Assembly: GCA_973895155.1 (NCBI GenBank)
Contig: OZ316891.1
Coordinates: forward strand, 11,902,771 to 11,966,770
Length of the DNA: 64,000 nt
Source: Marsupella aquatica
Taxonomy: Eukaryota; Plantae; Marchantiophyta
Direction of reading: 5' to 3'
In this document: positions 50,973-63,145 of the stretch, piece by piece
Layout: every line of letters starts with the position of its first letter
How positions within the stretch are numbered: position 1 is the stretch's first letter
Made by a program: the position numbers and the translations under genes
Notes under the pieces: model-generated
Database searches by the model: none
What the model saw: the letters and a program-made list of their open reading frames with translations, nothing else
Told to the model about the DNA's origin: nothing

Positions 50973-52894
50973 GAAAGTTTGAAACGCCCTATTAATATTT
51001 TATTATTATTATTGAGATTCAAAGAATGGGTATTAAAGCTCGTTAGATTATTTAATTTGCAAATAGGAAGATGGAACCTCCTCGGGTGGGTGGACAGGCA
51101 GAGGGTGCATCGGAGCGTGGACGCCATCTGTAGTGACGCTTTCGGGAGCGAGAGGAACTTCCGCCAACGCATGAATCCCGCTACTCATCGCTTGCCAATT
51201 GCGCACGCCACGCCATCGCCATCGCCACACACACTCTACGTCCAATTCCTTCCTTCCTCCCTCCTTTTGGCCCGTCCATCCGTCCATCCGTCCATCCGTT
51301 CCCCTCCTTCCGCTACTCTGCTACCGGTAGTCTCTGGTCTGGTTAACTGGTTTGGTCTGATCTGGTGGACGAGAGAACCCACTCCGCCCTTTTCGCCCTC
51401 GTCTCGCCGTCCCACTCCGTCGGCGACGACCACCGTCGCTCACACCACGCCGAACACACCGTCGTTGTGGAGGACACGGTCACCGTCGATTTGCAACACG
51501 CCGTTCATTTCGCCGTCCATTCCGTCAGGCCTGCCGTCCGTCACGGATGGACGGTGCGACGGTCAGCATGGCTCTCTGAGTTGGGCGAGTGACGAGTGAA
51601 GAGCTCGAGCGTAGAGAGGGAGTGCTGCGATGTCGAGCGTGCGGTTCCGAGCAACGGGGGAAAGGAAGCGAAGCTTGGGAGAGGATAATTTGGGGATGGC
51701 CGGTTCGTTTGCAGCAGGGACGGAGATTGCTCGGAGCTTCCACGGAGTGAGTTTTGATTGACTGGTGGAGGATCCCTCGGAATTTGTAGGGAGAGAGGTA
51801 GACGGTGAGTTTGGATTGACTGGCGGTGTGGATTCCCCGGAATTGAGGGGGAGATTTGAAGCTGAAGTGAAGAAGAGGGTCGGTGAAGGAGTTTTTTCGA
51901 ATGTTGGACGGATTTGCTGGGGCATGATAGGACCGAAGTCCGGAGTGGGACAGACAAGGAGATGATACCGGTCACTTGAGAAGACTTAAATTCGGTGATT
52001 TCCAGGACCTCAGCGATAGAGAATTCAAATTGGGTAGCCGAAGCAACGATCCAGGTCGCCATCGATTTGAATCAGTGACTTGCAGCAGGACTGCAGGAGC
52101 AACAAGTTATTCATCGCGCAGGTTTTTAGTCGCAACCCACGCACTCTCCCAAGCTCGCGCCTGGTCATGGTGTGTCAAGTTTCTTTAACTTCTCGTTGTG
52201 GTCAATTCGTGTCTAAGTCTGCCATCCTGGACTCGAAGCAAACTTAGATGGAGTAATTCTGTTTCGGACCATGGCTGATGGATGTCATTTCGTGTAGCTC
52301 GAAAATTGCACTCCTCAATCAGGAGGTGATAATGAAGGATAAGCAATATCATCACCGAGAAAAACCTCCTGGCTCGTGCGTCCATGTCTGTTGCCCCACA
52401 CAAGTCTTTGATGAGAACAGTATCTCATCGTTGGAGTACCTGTGTTGCAGCCCATTACTTTGAGCTACCACAGAATATTATCTCAGATGGAGTACATGGC
52501 GACATAGACCCCTATTCTTTGAAATTTATACAGATCTCCCACGAAAGTTTGTGTGGTAGAAGAGGAGTTTTCTTCGGTTTTCAGTCTGGTTCTGCTAGTA
52601 AACTGTATCATGTTCATCAAGTACAAACAGGTGCCCAACGGTTGCAGCCTGGCGTTCGGGTTCTGAGTTGGGAAACCTAAACACTGGTGATCTCATGGAA
52701 ATAAAAATAATAGTAATACTGGCTCATTCCGTGAAAAGGAATTCCAAATGCTCAGTTGTACATTTTGGGCCGAAGCAGGCTTTGTGGCCTGTAAACACTT
52801 GTTCAATTTGACCAAAGATTTTGCTATGTTCTGTATGTGGATGTGAACTTTATGTTGCAGGAAATTTGCCTCTCAAACGAATTTGAAGAATCAG

Positions 52895-54369
52895 ATGGCT
52901 ACATCTCTAGTGACTGGTTTGCAGTTCCCGATACTGGTCTCTGGTTTTGGTACTGGAGGAGATCCGCTCGTTAAGAGTACAAGGAAGTCATCAAGGGACT
53001 TGGAACTAGCTTCTTTTAGATGGCTGGGGCCAAGAAAGGCAATATATGGGGATTACCGAAGGAGTGGGCAAGGAATCGCGCTGCGACAGAGAAAGGCTGG
53101 AACAATCCCAGTATTTGCTGCTGTAGGCAGAGATGCACCTGATGAAGAAGAGGACGGCGAGGAGGAAAGTTCATCGCAAGATAAAGTAAGGTCCAGAAGC
53201 TGCATCCTATCTTCGTGGATTTTTGTAATGCGAAAAATGGCTATGAAGGGACTCAAATGTGATTTCTCTGCAATGTGGTTTTGGGTAGAGGAGATAAGTC
53301 AAAGCAAAGTGCCAACGGAATGCAAATAAAATTGTGTTTGCCTCTTTCTTGGAGATGCGAATTCGGATCATTTACGTTGTGTTGCTGGAGAGTCATTTGA
53401 TTGAAGTTATTAATAGGAGGAGGGTTTGGGTTATGCAGGCTAGCTCCGACTTATTTCGTCAACAAATGGAACAAATGCTAGTGAATGACGCCAAAGATGC
53501 CAGATTTGAAGGGAAAGATCTTGCTCAACTTATCCGAAATAAATATGGACGGTCCTATGATGTGCAACTTATTAAAAAGGTAAGTCCTTGCAGATACAGA
53601 AGTTTTACCGCCTTGTAAATACGACAATTGTCTCGCAACACAACGCAGGGTGTATATGGGAGACCGTTACCAAATGTCTCTCTTCTGTCACGAAATGTTT
53701 GTGTAAAGGGCATGAGACACTGCAACAATGTTTTGTTCGTAGGTGTGTAATGCATATCTTATGGGACTTTATGTGCAGGAGTTTCTTGGGCGACAACTGC
53801 TGGCAATGAATGTCATGTGGAAGTATCGTGAACAGGTATATCTATACTGCTATCAGAAACCCTAACGGGTTGAGATAACCATCTCTCATTTCTAGAAGAG
53901 CCGCCAACTGGCGGCAGGTGCACTTTTGGTCTGTCTACCTAAAGAGCAAAAACACAGAGAAGTGGGTAATTCATTAGAAACCGACTGTGAACTGACGTTT
54001 GTGGAAATTGTTGCAGAGATCGTTTCCTTTGACAGAGGAAGAATATCTACTGCATCTAGATTATATTGCTCAGAACTTAAGAGGTTGGGGGGCAGTTTCA
54101 TTTGTCCGAGAAAGCCTGGAGAAGACAAAAGAACGACCTCGAATTGGAAAGGTCAGATGGTGTTTTCCTCACTAAGATTTCAATTCCCGAATCCTTGAAG
54201 ACTGAGTCAAGATGGTTTTGGCTGTGAAGGTCCTTGAAAGTGTGGACCATTCCTTGTTGAAGCCAACGGTGGTTGCTAATAATTCCAAAATTGATTTTCT
54301 CAGGCTGTGAGCATCTTCATTAACCCGGACGAATCAGGGGAACGTTCCAGGGAGTGGATCAAGAGATGA
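52895..54369 (+). CDS. DUF3067-family protein, probably chloroplast-targeted (~229 aa)
   Basis: Five phase-0 GT-AG exons: 52895-53185, 53439-53579, 53779-53835, 54017-54151, 54304-54369. Motifs GKDLAQLIRNKYGRSYDVQL, NVMWKYREQRSFPLTEEEY, WGAV, KERPRIGKAVSI, RSREW. N-terminus is Ser/Arg-rich and transit-peptide-like. Likely 5'UTR intron acceptor at 52860. Confidence 0.88.
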
Positions 54370-56291
54370 TTTTTTACGCATTGAATTAAAATAGATTCCA
54401 TTGATGTAGATATAGAAGATTGGCTGCCATTTCTGTCACTCTCCCTTGACGGAATTGCTTGTACCATTATAACCCATCGACTCTCTGTGTGACAGAGAGT
54501 TGCATGCTGTAATCCTCAGTTTTAACCATTGTTCTCCATTCGAGAATATTTCTGTCCAATTGATTTATTTGCAATTCAAATATTTTAATCGAGAATCTCC
54601 GTAGGGCCCCGTTGGTATTTCTTGTGAGGGGAACTGAATGTGGTGTGCAAATGAATTTTTTTCGATACGGATGACATGTGGGATTTCTATGACTTGTCAT
54701 GGGAATGGTAACTTCACTGTGACGATCTGCGAGTATACAAAATGCCCTCCTTCGGTAAGGTGATCAATCCTCGGGTCTTCTCGATGGCCTTTCTCGTAAA
54801 GCAAATGAGCAAACTGTTCTCTCAGTTCTACGACACGTGGTCGAAGTGCCTGTTTCATTGTTGAAGAAGCCTTCGTAAGTATTGGACATAAAAGTGTGGA
54901 ACTTCATGTCTGCCAAGAAGAGAGGAATTGGTTGAAGGAAGGGGGAATCTGGCATTACTTGGATGACTCCACCCGGGGCGAAAGTTAGTAAAGACATTAC
55001 AAACTGCAGGATGGTTTCATCACGACCTACCGCTGGCGTGATGGGAGAACCCTAGAGGAGAGGCATTCTAGCTACAGACCAGCCGAATCTAAGGAATCGA
55101 GAGGAGAAAGGAAATGACGAACTTGTATTCAATAGCGTTTCAGCATCGTAATTATTGCCGCGAATCCAAATCTTGGAAAAGTCGATGTCATTGTTGTGAA
55201 ATTTCTTATCGAGGATCACTGGATTGGCTGCGGTTGACACTTATCGACTCTATGGACCTCGTCACTGACTAAATCTCAAGAGGTTGCATAAACAGCGGTC
55301 TTACTACAGCAGTTTGACTTCCAAACTGTGGTTCTTTCATTTATTTTTCTTCTTTTCTAAAAACTTCTGCGGTAGTACACAGGAAGTGGGAACGACTGAG
55401 ACTCACGGGATCTACTGAGTTACACACTTTTCCATTATTTTGAAATCGGAGTCGAATGCAATTCCATAGGTAGACTACAGCTCTCGTAACACAGGACGAC
55501 CACGGGCCCATCAACCATAGTAATGGGGCACCCAGTCCAGTAATATCACTACAAGAAAGGTTTAGTAGAAAAACAAGACTGCAGGCAAAGGAGGCCAGTT
55601 GAACCTGAAAGGCACAAGAACCACGAAACCGGTAAGAATCGTATAAAAAGTAAAGACCCTAGAGGACTGTCAGCCAGCATGAAGAACAGACAGGTAATAA
55701 CGAAGAAACCACTGCAATTGGCATGTGAGTTACACACTCTTGAGAATGATGAGCTTACGGGTACGAGTTTGAGATTAATTCCCTCCTCCGACCTTATTAC
55801 CTTAAGGTTTTAAAGTATACTGTGTGCACCAAAAGCTTTGTGTTCTAGCAACTAGTGACTATCTTCAAGCACATCTCTTCTCTACATATATATGACATAC
55901 ACTAGTGTAGAGGTCTTATCTCAAAGAACGATGGGCTTAGGAATTTTCGTTCTGCAGTTGAGGCCGTACACACTTCAAGCCGGGCGCTGCAGTAACTAAA
56001 AAAACACTTCAATATAGATTTCTGCCTACAGTACAGTAAGTTTCTGTAAGGATTACGCCCGTGGCCGCAACAGTCGACTTCGAGAGCACTAATCGTGCGG
56101 AGGTTGCCTTGCATCTCTTGCACCTCTTGTACCTCACAGTCTGACTGTCAAATATGCAACCCTGGATTTCCTTGTTACTAATCACGTGACACATTTGGGA
56201 CGGACTTCGAGTACCTAGCCTGTGATTCCCAGTGCATCTTGGAGTTTGAGAGGTGATACTAAGGATCCTAAGATCGTTGTACACTTCAATT

Positions 56292-56730
56292 TACGACGGC
56301 CTCCATGCATGAAATGTGTTCGTTTGAAGCAAAACGAGACAGTTCAGACTCCCCTTGGGTACCTCCAACTTGAGATGGATAGTTTTTATTCAATTTTAAT
56401 GACAGGTCTTCACTTTTGACAAGGCTACCATCCCCGATACTACGACGGTATCATGCATGAAATGTATATTTCTAGAGCAAAACAAGAGAGTTTACAGCCC
56501 CCTTGGGAACCTTCAACTTCAGATGGATACTTTTATTCAATTTAATGACGGGTCTTTACTTTTGACAAGGCTTGCATCCCCGATACTACGACGGCCTCAT
56601 GCATAAAATGTATGTTTTTAAAGCAAAACGAGAGAGTTTACAGCTCCCTTGAGAACCTCCAACTTGAAATTGATACTTTTCATTCAATCATGACAGGTCT
56701 TTACTTTTGACAAGGATTCCATCCCTGGTA
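56292..56730. repeat. Tandem repeat, ~147 bp x3
   Basis: Units start TACGACGG at 56292, 56441 and 56587 and end CTTTTGACAAGG..CATCCC.G.TAC. Confidence 0.9.
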
Positions 56731-58043
56731 CGAGTGGAAATATCTTGTGGTAGGACTCACCGTCGCTCTGGAAAGGGTCCCATTCTCGGGCCACTTTAAG
56801 ACCCTGGCGTTCTAAATAGCCCATCCCAGTGGTTTCAAGGGCTCTCACTAGTCCAGGGTGTCAGTATGTTGTTCACGAATTGAGAACACTGAAACTTTTC
56901 AACTTCATGTGAACCGAATCTGTGACTCTTCTAGACGTCGTATGACTACATTCCTAGGTATTGGTTTGTTATGGCGACTTACTCTGAGTTAATTTAGTCA
57001 TATTGGCTATTCAGACAAGTCGATAATAGCCAAGTTTAGGCGGTATGAGTTTCCACCGAGGGCATGCTCAGAACTACACTTTTCAAGCTTTTCTCCCTGA
57101 ATTCTGTTTTGGTGATTATGTCTTTGAGTTCCTGGTGCATAGCTTCCCGGTCCTTGTGTTGTATTGTTAGGCTGTTGCTTTGCCGCTGGAATGCATACAG
57201 CGAGGCATACAGCCTCAGTCCGTGCTTCCTCTCTCTCTCGAAAGAGGACTCACATAGGCCTCTGAACGAGCTGTCTAGCAGTCACACACCCCAGAAGGAC
57301 GTCTCAGTTGTTGGAAGGACAATCTAATGTCACTAAAAGGCTCAATTTAGGCCGTAATGGGACTTCAACTCAAGAAGCCCTGATTAGAATGACAGAATTT
57401 CAGTCATCGAATGGACTCACAAAGCCACACAAAGACTCATTGAATTAATGTGTAACATACATTTCAAATGGCGAGACGCAAATAGCTTCTATGTACAGCT
57501 TGATACTGCACTACCTGAGCGAGACTCCAGAACGTTCATCATGTCCAACATCTTCCAAGGAAATCTCAAAAGATCAAAGCTTGATAACGTTACTCTTCTT
57601 TGTAATGACTAATTGCAAGGGACATCGGATAACTAATGATCTTGAAGAAAGGTAGGCACTGGCCGCGTTCTTGGTCGCAAAGTTGCTGCTCTTGGCGTGG
57701 TCTGTCAACAATCATTGAAGAGGGGCATGGGCACCTGCTCCCGCACTTGTTGGACTTCGGAGATGACGTCACTTCCCGAGCTCCATGCCTCGACTTGCTA
57801 CGCTCATGAAAATCGTCAGTTGGTTGTGTCGAAAAGGTTGCCGTATATGCAATTATGAAAGGAGCTTCCGATTCGCCAAAGAACGGGAGAAAAGAGATCA
57901 TGATTCGGTGGGGATCCAAGTGTTGAGTTTCGAGCCTCGAGAATTCACTCAAGTATGCACTGCGTGCTGTCTTCTGTACTGCAAAGATGCCATGATGATC
58001 CTCAGAGAGCAGGACTTGCAAGAAAGCTGAAAAAGGTTGGTCT

Positions 58044-58305
58044 TGTTGATAAAACTATCTAGCGTGACTAAGATACCGGAACAGTCAACGGGAAGCACAT
58101 AAGTACTCGGGGAAAGGGCAAGGAGTGCAGGGGGCGACAAAGAGGCGCCGCATAGTAGAAGAGCCAAAGAGAAGGGGCGAAAGGATCAGATGGATGCAAC
58201 CTAGATCTAAAGGTAAGCAGCAAGGGACAGAAGACGACAACGAACAGAAAGTGGGCCCCTATACTGAAGGGGAAAAAGAGGTACTGAAGATCGTAGTTTC
58301 CAACA
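58044..58305 (-). repeat. 3' LTR of the Copia element
   Basis: Direct repeat of 62884-63145, adjacent to the PPT. Confidence 0.97.
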
Positions 58306-58361
58306 CCCCCTCTCGATCTGAAGTCGCAGGAAACAAACGGGAGAGAGAGAGATGATGCAGG

Positions 58362-61300
58362 TCAACGAGAGTACCACTGTAGGTATAGTGCGGGAGTGCA
58401 GTGTACACATATGATGAACCTAGATGAGAAGAGAGGACCTAACCGAATGCCAAGGAAATCTCGATGCTTTTCAAAAATTTGCCGACAGACTTGTTTGGTG
58501 AAAATGTCAGCATGTTGGTCATCGGTGTTGATGTATTGTAAAGAGACTTCGCCTTCAAGAATCCTTTCACGTACAAAGTGGTGTTTGGCCTCAATGTGTT
58601 TGGTGCGAGCATGGAAGATCGGATTCAGAGCAAGTCGAATAGATCCTTGGTTATCACAGTGTAAGTGTAGATCGTGAGAAGTAGGGATTGCAGCTTCGTG
58701 TAGGTCCTTGTGGATGGTGGCATTGTCGCATTGAACAGGAACGGTGACGTTTGAGGTATGTTGGAGCTCGCGAAGTAATCGACGTAGGTACACAGCTTCC
58801 TTAGTAGCCTCAGAGAGGGCCTTCTACTCAGGTTCGGTGGTGCTGTCCGAAATTGTGGGTTGTCGTTTGCTAGCCCAGGAGATAGGCCCAGAAGCCAGGG
58901 TGAAGACATAGCCAGCAGTAGAGCGCCGAGTATCGAGGCATCCAAGGTAGTCCGCATCAGTATATCCTGTGAGAAGAAGCTGAGAGGAGCGTTTGTAGTG
59001 GATCCCATAATCGAGTGTCTTCTTAACGTACCGAAGAATGTGCTTGGCAGCTTCCAAGTGCTGCAAGTGAGGTTGAGACATAAAACGAGCCACCATACCA
59101 ACTGAGTAGGATAGATCCGGTCGAGTGGTCGTAAGGAACAGTAGTTTACCCACAAGGGTGCAATACTCTGAGCGGTCAACGGGAGCCATGTTAGAGTTAG
59201 ATTGAGTGGCGAATCCTTCTGGTAGAGGAGTGTGGGCAGGCCTGCATTCGGTCATATCGCAATCACGAAGAATCTGTTCGGCATAGGTGTGCTGGTGAAG
59301 AAGCATACCGTTTGCAGTCTTGGTGAACTCCACACCGAGATATTTGCGGATTTCACCAAGATCCTTCATTTCGTACCGATTCTGAAGATTGAGCTTGATA
59401 GTGTCGATGAGTGCCAAATCATTGCCGGTAATAAGAAGGTCGTCCACGTAAAGGAGTAAGAGCACAATAGAGGACCCCTGAAATAAGTAATACAGGTTGG
59501 GGTCAGCATCGCTCCGGGTCCAACCTTGTTCGTGAAGGTACTTATCAATCTCTTGATACCATTCACGGGGGGATTGCTTCAGTCCATAGATGGATTTGTT
59601 GAGCCGACAAACAAGGTGCTCCAATCCTTTACGAGCAAAGCCAGGCGGTTGTTGCATGAAAAGGAGCTCTTTAAGAGTCCCGTTGAGGAATGCAGTAACA
59701 ACGTCCATATGACTGATAGGCCAACCAGATGCAACAGCAAGAGCGATAACAGCACGAAGAGTTGACCAGCGAACGACGGGTGCAAAAGTGTCATTATAAT
59801 CTATGCCAGGTTGCTGCCCAAGACCCCTAGCAACAAGACGAGCTTTAAGACGTGCGCGCGTTGGGTTATTGGCGTCATGGATAGGTTTAGATTTGTACAG
59901 CCATTTTGATGAAATTGCACGTCTCCCCGGGGGTAACTCCACAAGGTCCCATGTCTCATTTTTAATCAAGCTGTCATATTCTTCCTGCATAGCACTGCAC
60001 CAGCCAGGGTCTTGTATAGCATCACGGAAGGCAATAGTGTCACTAACAGGGTTAGCGGTTTCGATAATGCATAAGTCTACATCCTCCGGGATATGCATTT
60101 CATAGTCCCCACTACGAGCCCAGATTGGAAGCTGCTTGGCCCTTGACCCGCGGCGTTTTGGTAGCGGATTAAACTGAACATTTGGAGCAAGGGTGGAGTT
60201 ACAGGGCAGAGGAGGAGCCTCGTCGATGGTGGGGTCGACGTTGTGGACATGAGTCCCACCGTGATTGCCAAGGTCAGCAACGTCCTTGATGGTGTTGTCA
60301 TTGGGGAGCTGGGTCCCATCAAGATTGCTAGGGGCATCGTGAGCAGCATGGTCAAGAACATGATGTTCGTCCCCTTCTGGCTCAGAAGGAGCCTCAGTTG
60401 CCAGGAGAAGGTCAAGAAAAATGTCCGACTGGGCAGGAGGAGCACGAAAATCTCCAGGGGAGTCTTCAATAAAGGTGACATTGGAGGAGATAAGGATCCG
60501 ATGAGAGAGGGGGTCAAAACAGCGGTAGCCTTTGGTGTTGAGGTCATAACCAATGAAGACAGAAGGGATAGCTTGCGAGCCAAATTTCCCATCGGACTTA
60601 GTAGGGAGGCGAACAAAAGCTGAGCAGCCAAGGACACGGAGGTGAGAGAGATCAGGCTTCATACCATAGAGAGCCTCAAAGGGCGTCGAGAGATGAAGGG
60701 CCCGAGTGGAACATCGATTGAGAACATAGGTGGCAGCTTTGACTGCCTCAGGCCAGAGGAAGCGAGGATATTTACCCTCAACATATATACTCCTGGCGGC
60801 CTCAAGTAAAGTGCGATTTTTGCGTTCAGCTACCCCATTTTGGTGGGGGGTACTAGGGGCAGTCAGTTGACGGCGAATCCCGTGGTGGCTGCAGAACTCA
60901 ATAAATTCTTGGGACATGTATTCGCCACCTCGATCAGAGCGTAAACAGGAGAGCTTGGTGCCAAATTGATTTTCGGCAGCAGTTTTGAACGTCTTGAAGC
61001 AGCGGAAAGTCTCATGTTTGTGAGAGAGATAATAGACCCACGTAAAACGGGAAAAATCGTCGATGAAGGTCAAGATGTACTTGACGGGGGAGCTGGAGTG
61101 GATGGGCCCGCAAAGATCAGAATGCACCAGATCCAAAACACGTGATGTGCGTCGAATGGAGTGCTTGGGGACATTGTCACGATGAGTTTTGCCGAGGATA
61201 CATGACGTACATTGCTTCTTCTGAAAGGAGAGCAAGGGAACACCAGTGACAAGGTGTCGGGCAGTCATGTGATGTGCAGTTTGAAAGTTGAGATGAGCCA

Positions 61301-62753
61301 GACGCCGGTGCCATAAATAGACAATGTCAGTCTCCACATTGGTGATGGTATTCGCTTCATGTGTCAAACAAGGCGGAGGATAAGAGCCGGAGGACGACAG
61401 TTGATACAAACTGTTCTGCGGTGATCGAGATGCCTGGAGAAAGACGGATGATGGGTTGTCTTTGTCAAACACTAAGCAAGACTTAGAGTCAAACAAAATA
61501 AGATGACCAGCATCGGCAAGTTTGCCCACAGACATAAGATTTTTGTGAACACCAGGCACGTAAAGAACATTGTTGATAGCTTTATTGTCAACATGAGCAG
61601 TGCCATTGCCAGCAATGGGCAAAGTGTTACCGCTAGCAGTGGTTACACCAGGACCAGAAGGGCCAGCCGGCTGGAAAGTCTCTAACGCTGAGCGATGTCC
61701 TGTGATGTGATTGCTAGCACCGGAGTCCATGTACCAATCTTGAGAGGTGTTTCTGAATTCGGTAAGGTTGGCAGCAATCTCTTCCTCGTGCATCTCTGGA
61801 AATGGATCAAAATCCTCAGGGTCTGGAGTGAACTCTGTGAGGTGTGCCTGGGGTTTGATTCGACGAAGGTTCCCTGCACGAATCATCAGCTGGGAGATTT
61901 GATCATCCAGCTTCTTCAGGTCGCACTCAACTTCCCAATGGCCAGATTTGCTGCAGTAGTTGCACGAGCCAGTTGTGCGACGTGGAACAGGAGCAGGCGG
62001 GTGACTGCGGTTGTCAGCAATGGATCCACGGTAGTCCCCTGGGCGAGAGGGTCGGTGAGAGACACGGCCTCTGACAGCAGGTCGAGAAAAGCGAGCAAGA
62101 AGGGCTTCTTCAGCAACTTCCTCTCGTTTCCCTTTCCTCCAGAAAGCCTCAGCCTGCATACGTTCCACAAGGGAGGAGAACTTGGGTGTATGGGTTCTAG
62201 ATAAATCAGCGCCAAAGCTGGATACAAAGGGACCCCAGCTATGGGGTAACCCGCCTAGAACAATGTGAATGAGACGGGAGTTGTCAACAGTGGCATTAAT
62301 CATGGAGAGTTGGGAAGTGATGCTTTCTACTTCCCTGAGGTAGTCTTCGACGTTACTGCCTTCAGTCATCTTGACTTTATGCAGCTTCTGTTCGAGGAGA
62401 AGTCTGCGTTGGAGAAGGTCACCTCGAAAGCGCTGCTTGAAGTGCTGCCAGCAGGCAACAGGATCGTTGCCATATGAAGCAACGACATGGAGGAACTTGG
62501 TCTTGACGGTGGCCATCAGAATGGACTTGGCCTTGATGATCTTCTTCTTGCGTTCCTTGGGAGTGAGGACAATCTCATCCTCTACTGTAGCAACGTTGGT
62601 TGTGTCAGTGTTGTCGCTGTCTTCGTCAGCGAACTTCAGTTCATCCCATACCTCGTCTCGCTCGAGCAGGGTCTGGACTTGTAAGCTCCACGTGATGTGG
62701 TTGCTTTCTCCATCTAGCTTGTCAGCTTCACTGAATATTCTAGCTAGGTCCAT
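58362..62753 (-). pseudogene. Copia gag-pol polyprotein with one in-frame TAG at 58826-58824
   Basis: Gag knuckle CNYCSKSGHWEVEC, protease DSGAS, integrase WHRRLAH/HSDLCGP/RSDRGGEY/QNGVAERKNR, RT KARLVARG/YVDDLL, RNase H DADY...STTEPE*, continuing in frame to CDNQ...HARTKHI...ADIFTK. Confidence 0.93.
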
Positions 62754-62883
62754 GGCTAGATCACGTTGGGAACTCTCACCAACTGAAATAGACGGAGGGA
62801 CAGGTCACTCAAACTCAGAGAACTCTCATCTAAGTCTAGCGTTGGATCTTAGTCACGGGAGAGCTAACCTTGCTCTGATACCA

Positions 62884-63145
62884 TGTTGATAAAACTATCT
62901 AGCGTGACTAAGATACCGGAACAGTCAACGGGAAGCACATAAGTACTAGGGGAAAGGGCAAGGAGTGCAGGGGGCGACAAAGAGGCGCCGCATAGTAGAA
63001 GAGCCCAAGAGAAGTGGCGAAAGGATCAGATGGATGCAACCTAGATCTAAAGGTAAGCAGCAAGGGACAGAAGACGACAACGAACAGAAAGTGGGCCCCT
63101 ATACGGAAGGGGAAAAAGAGGTACTGAAGATCGTAGTTTCCAACA
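62884..63145 (-). repeat. 5' LTR of the Copia element
   Basis: Direct repeat of 58044-58305, adjacent to the PBS. Confidence 0.97.

Larger units (their letters stand above)
58044..63145 (-). mobile_element. Full-length Ty1/Copia LTR retrotransposon (5.1 kb)
   Basis: 262-bp LTRs at 58044-58305 and 62884-63145 (TG...CA, 4 mismatches). TSD GGTCT at 58039-58043 and 63146-63150. PBS TGGTATCAGAGC (tRNA-iMet) at 62883-62872. PPT GAGAGGGGG at 58314-58306. Confidence 0.98.

Noticed and set aside
4824-55558. CACTA-type TIR words TTTTCTTGTAGTG (4824-4836) and CACTACAAGAAA (55547-55558)
   Set aside because: Wrong order to enclose an element, flanking 3-mers differ, and no partner end is visible in the window. 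Orphan ends or chance.
57036-57330. Charged, coiled-coil-like minus-strand frame (ERERKHGLRLY...ETHTA*)
   Set aside because: In-frame TGA upstream and no recognisable family or linked exons; may be a pseudogene scrap but unsupported.
58860-62889. Numerous + strand ORFs within the Copia element
   Set aside because: Antisense shadows of gag-pol.
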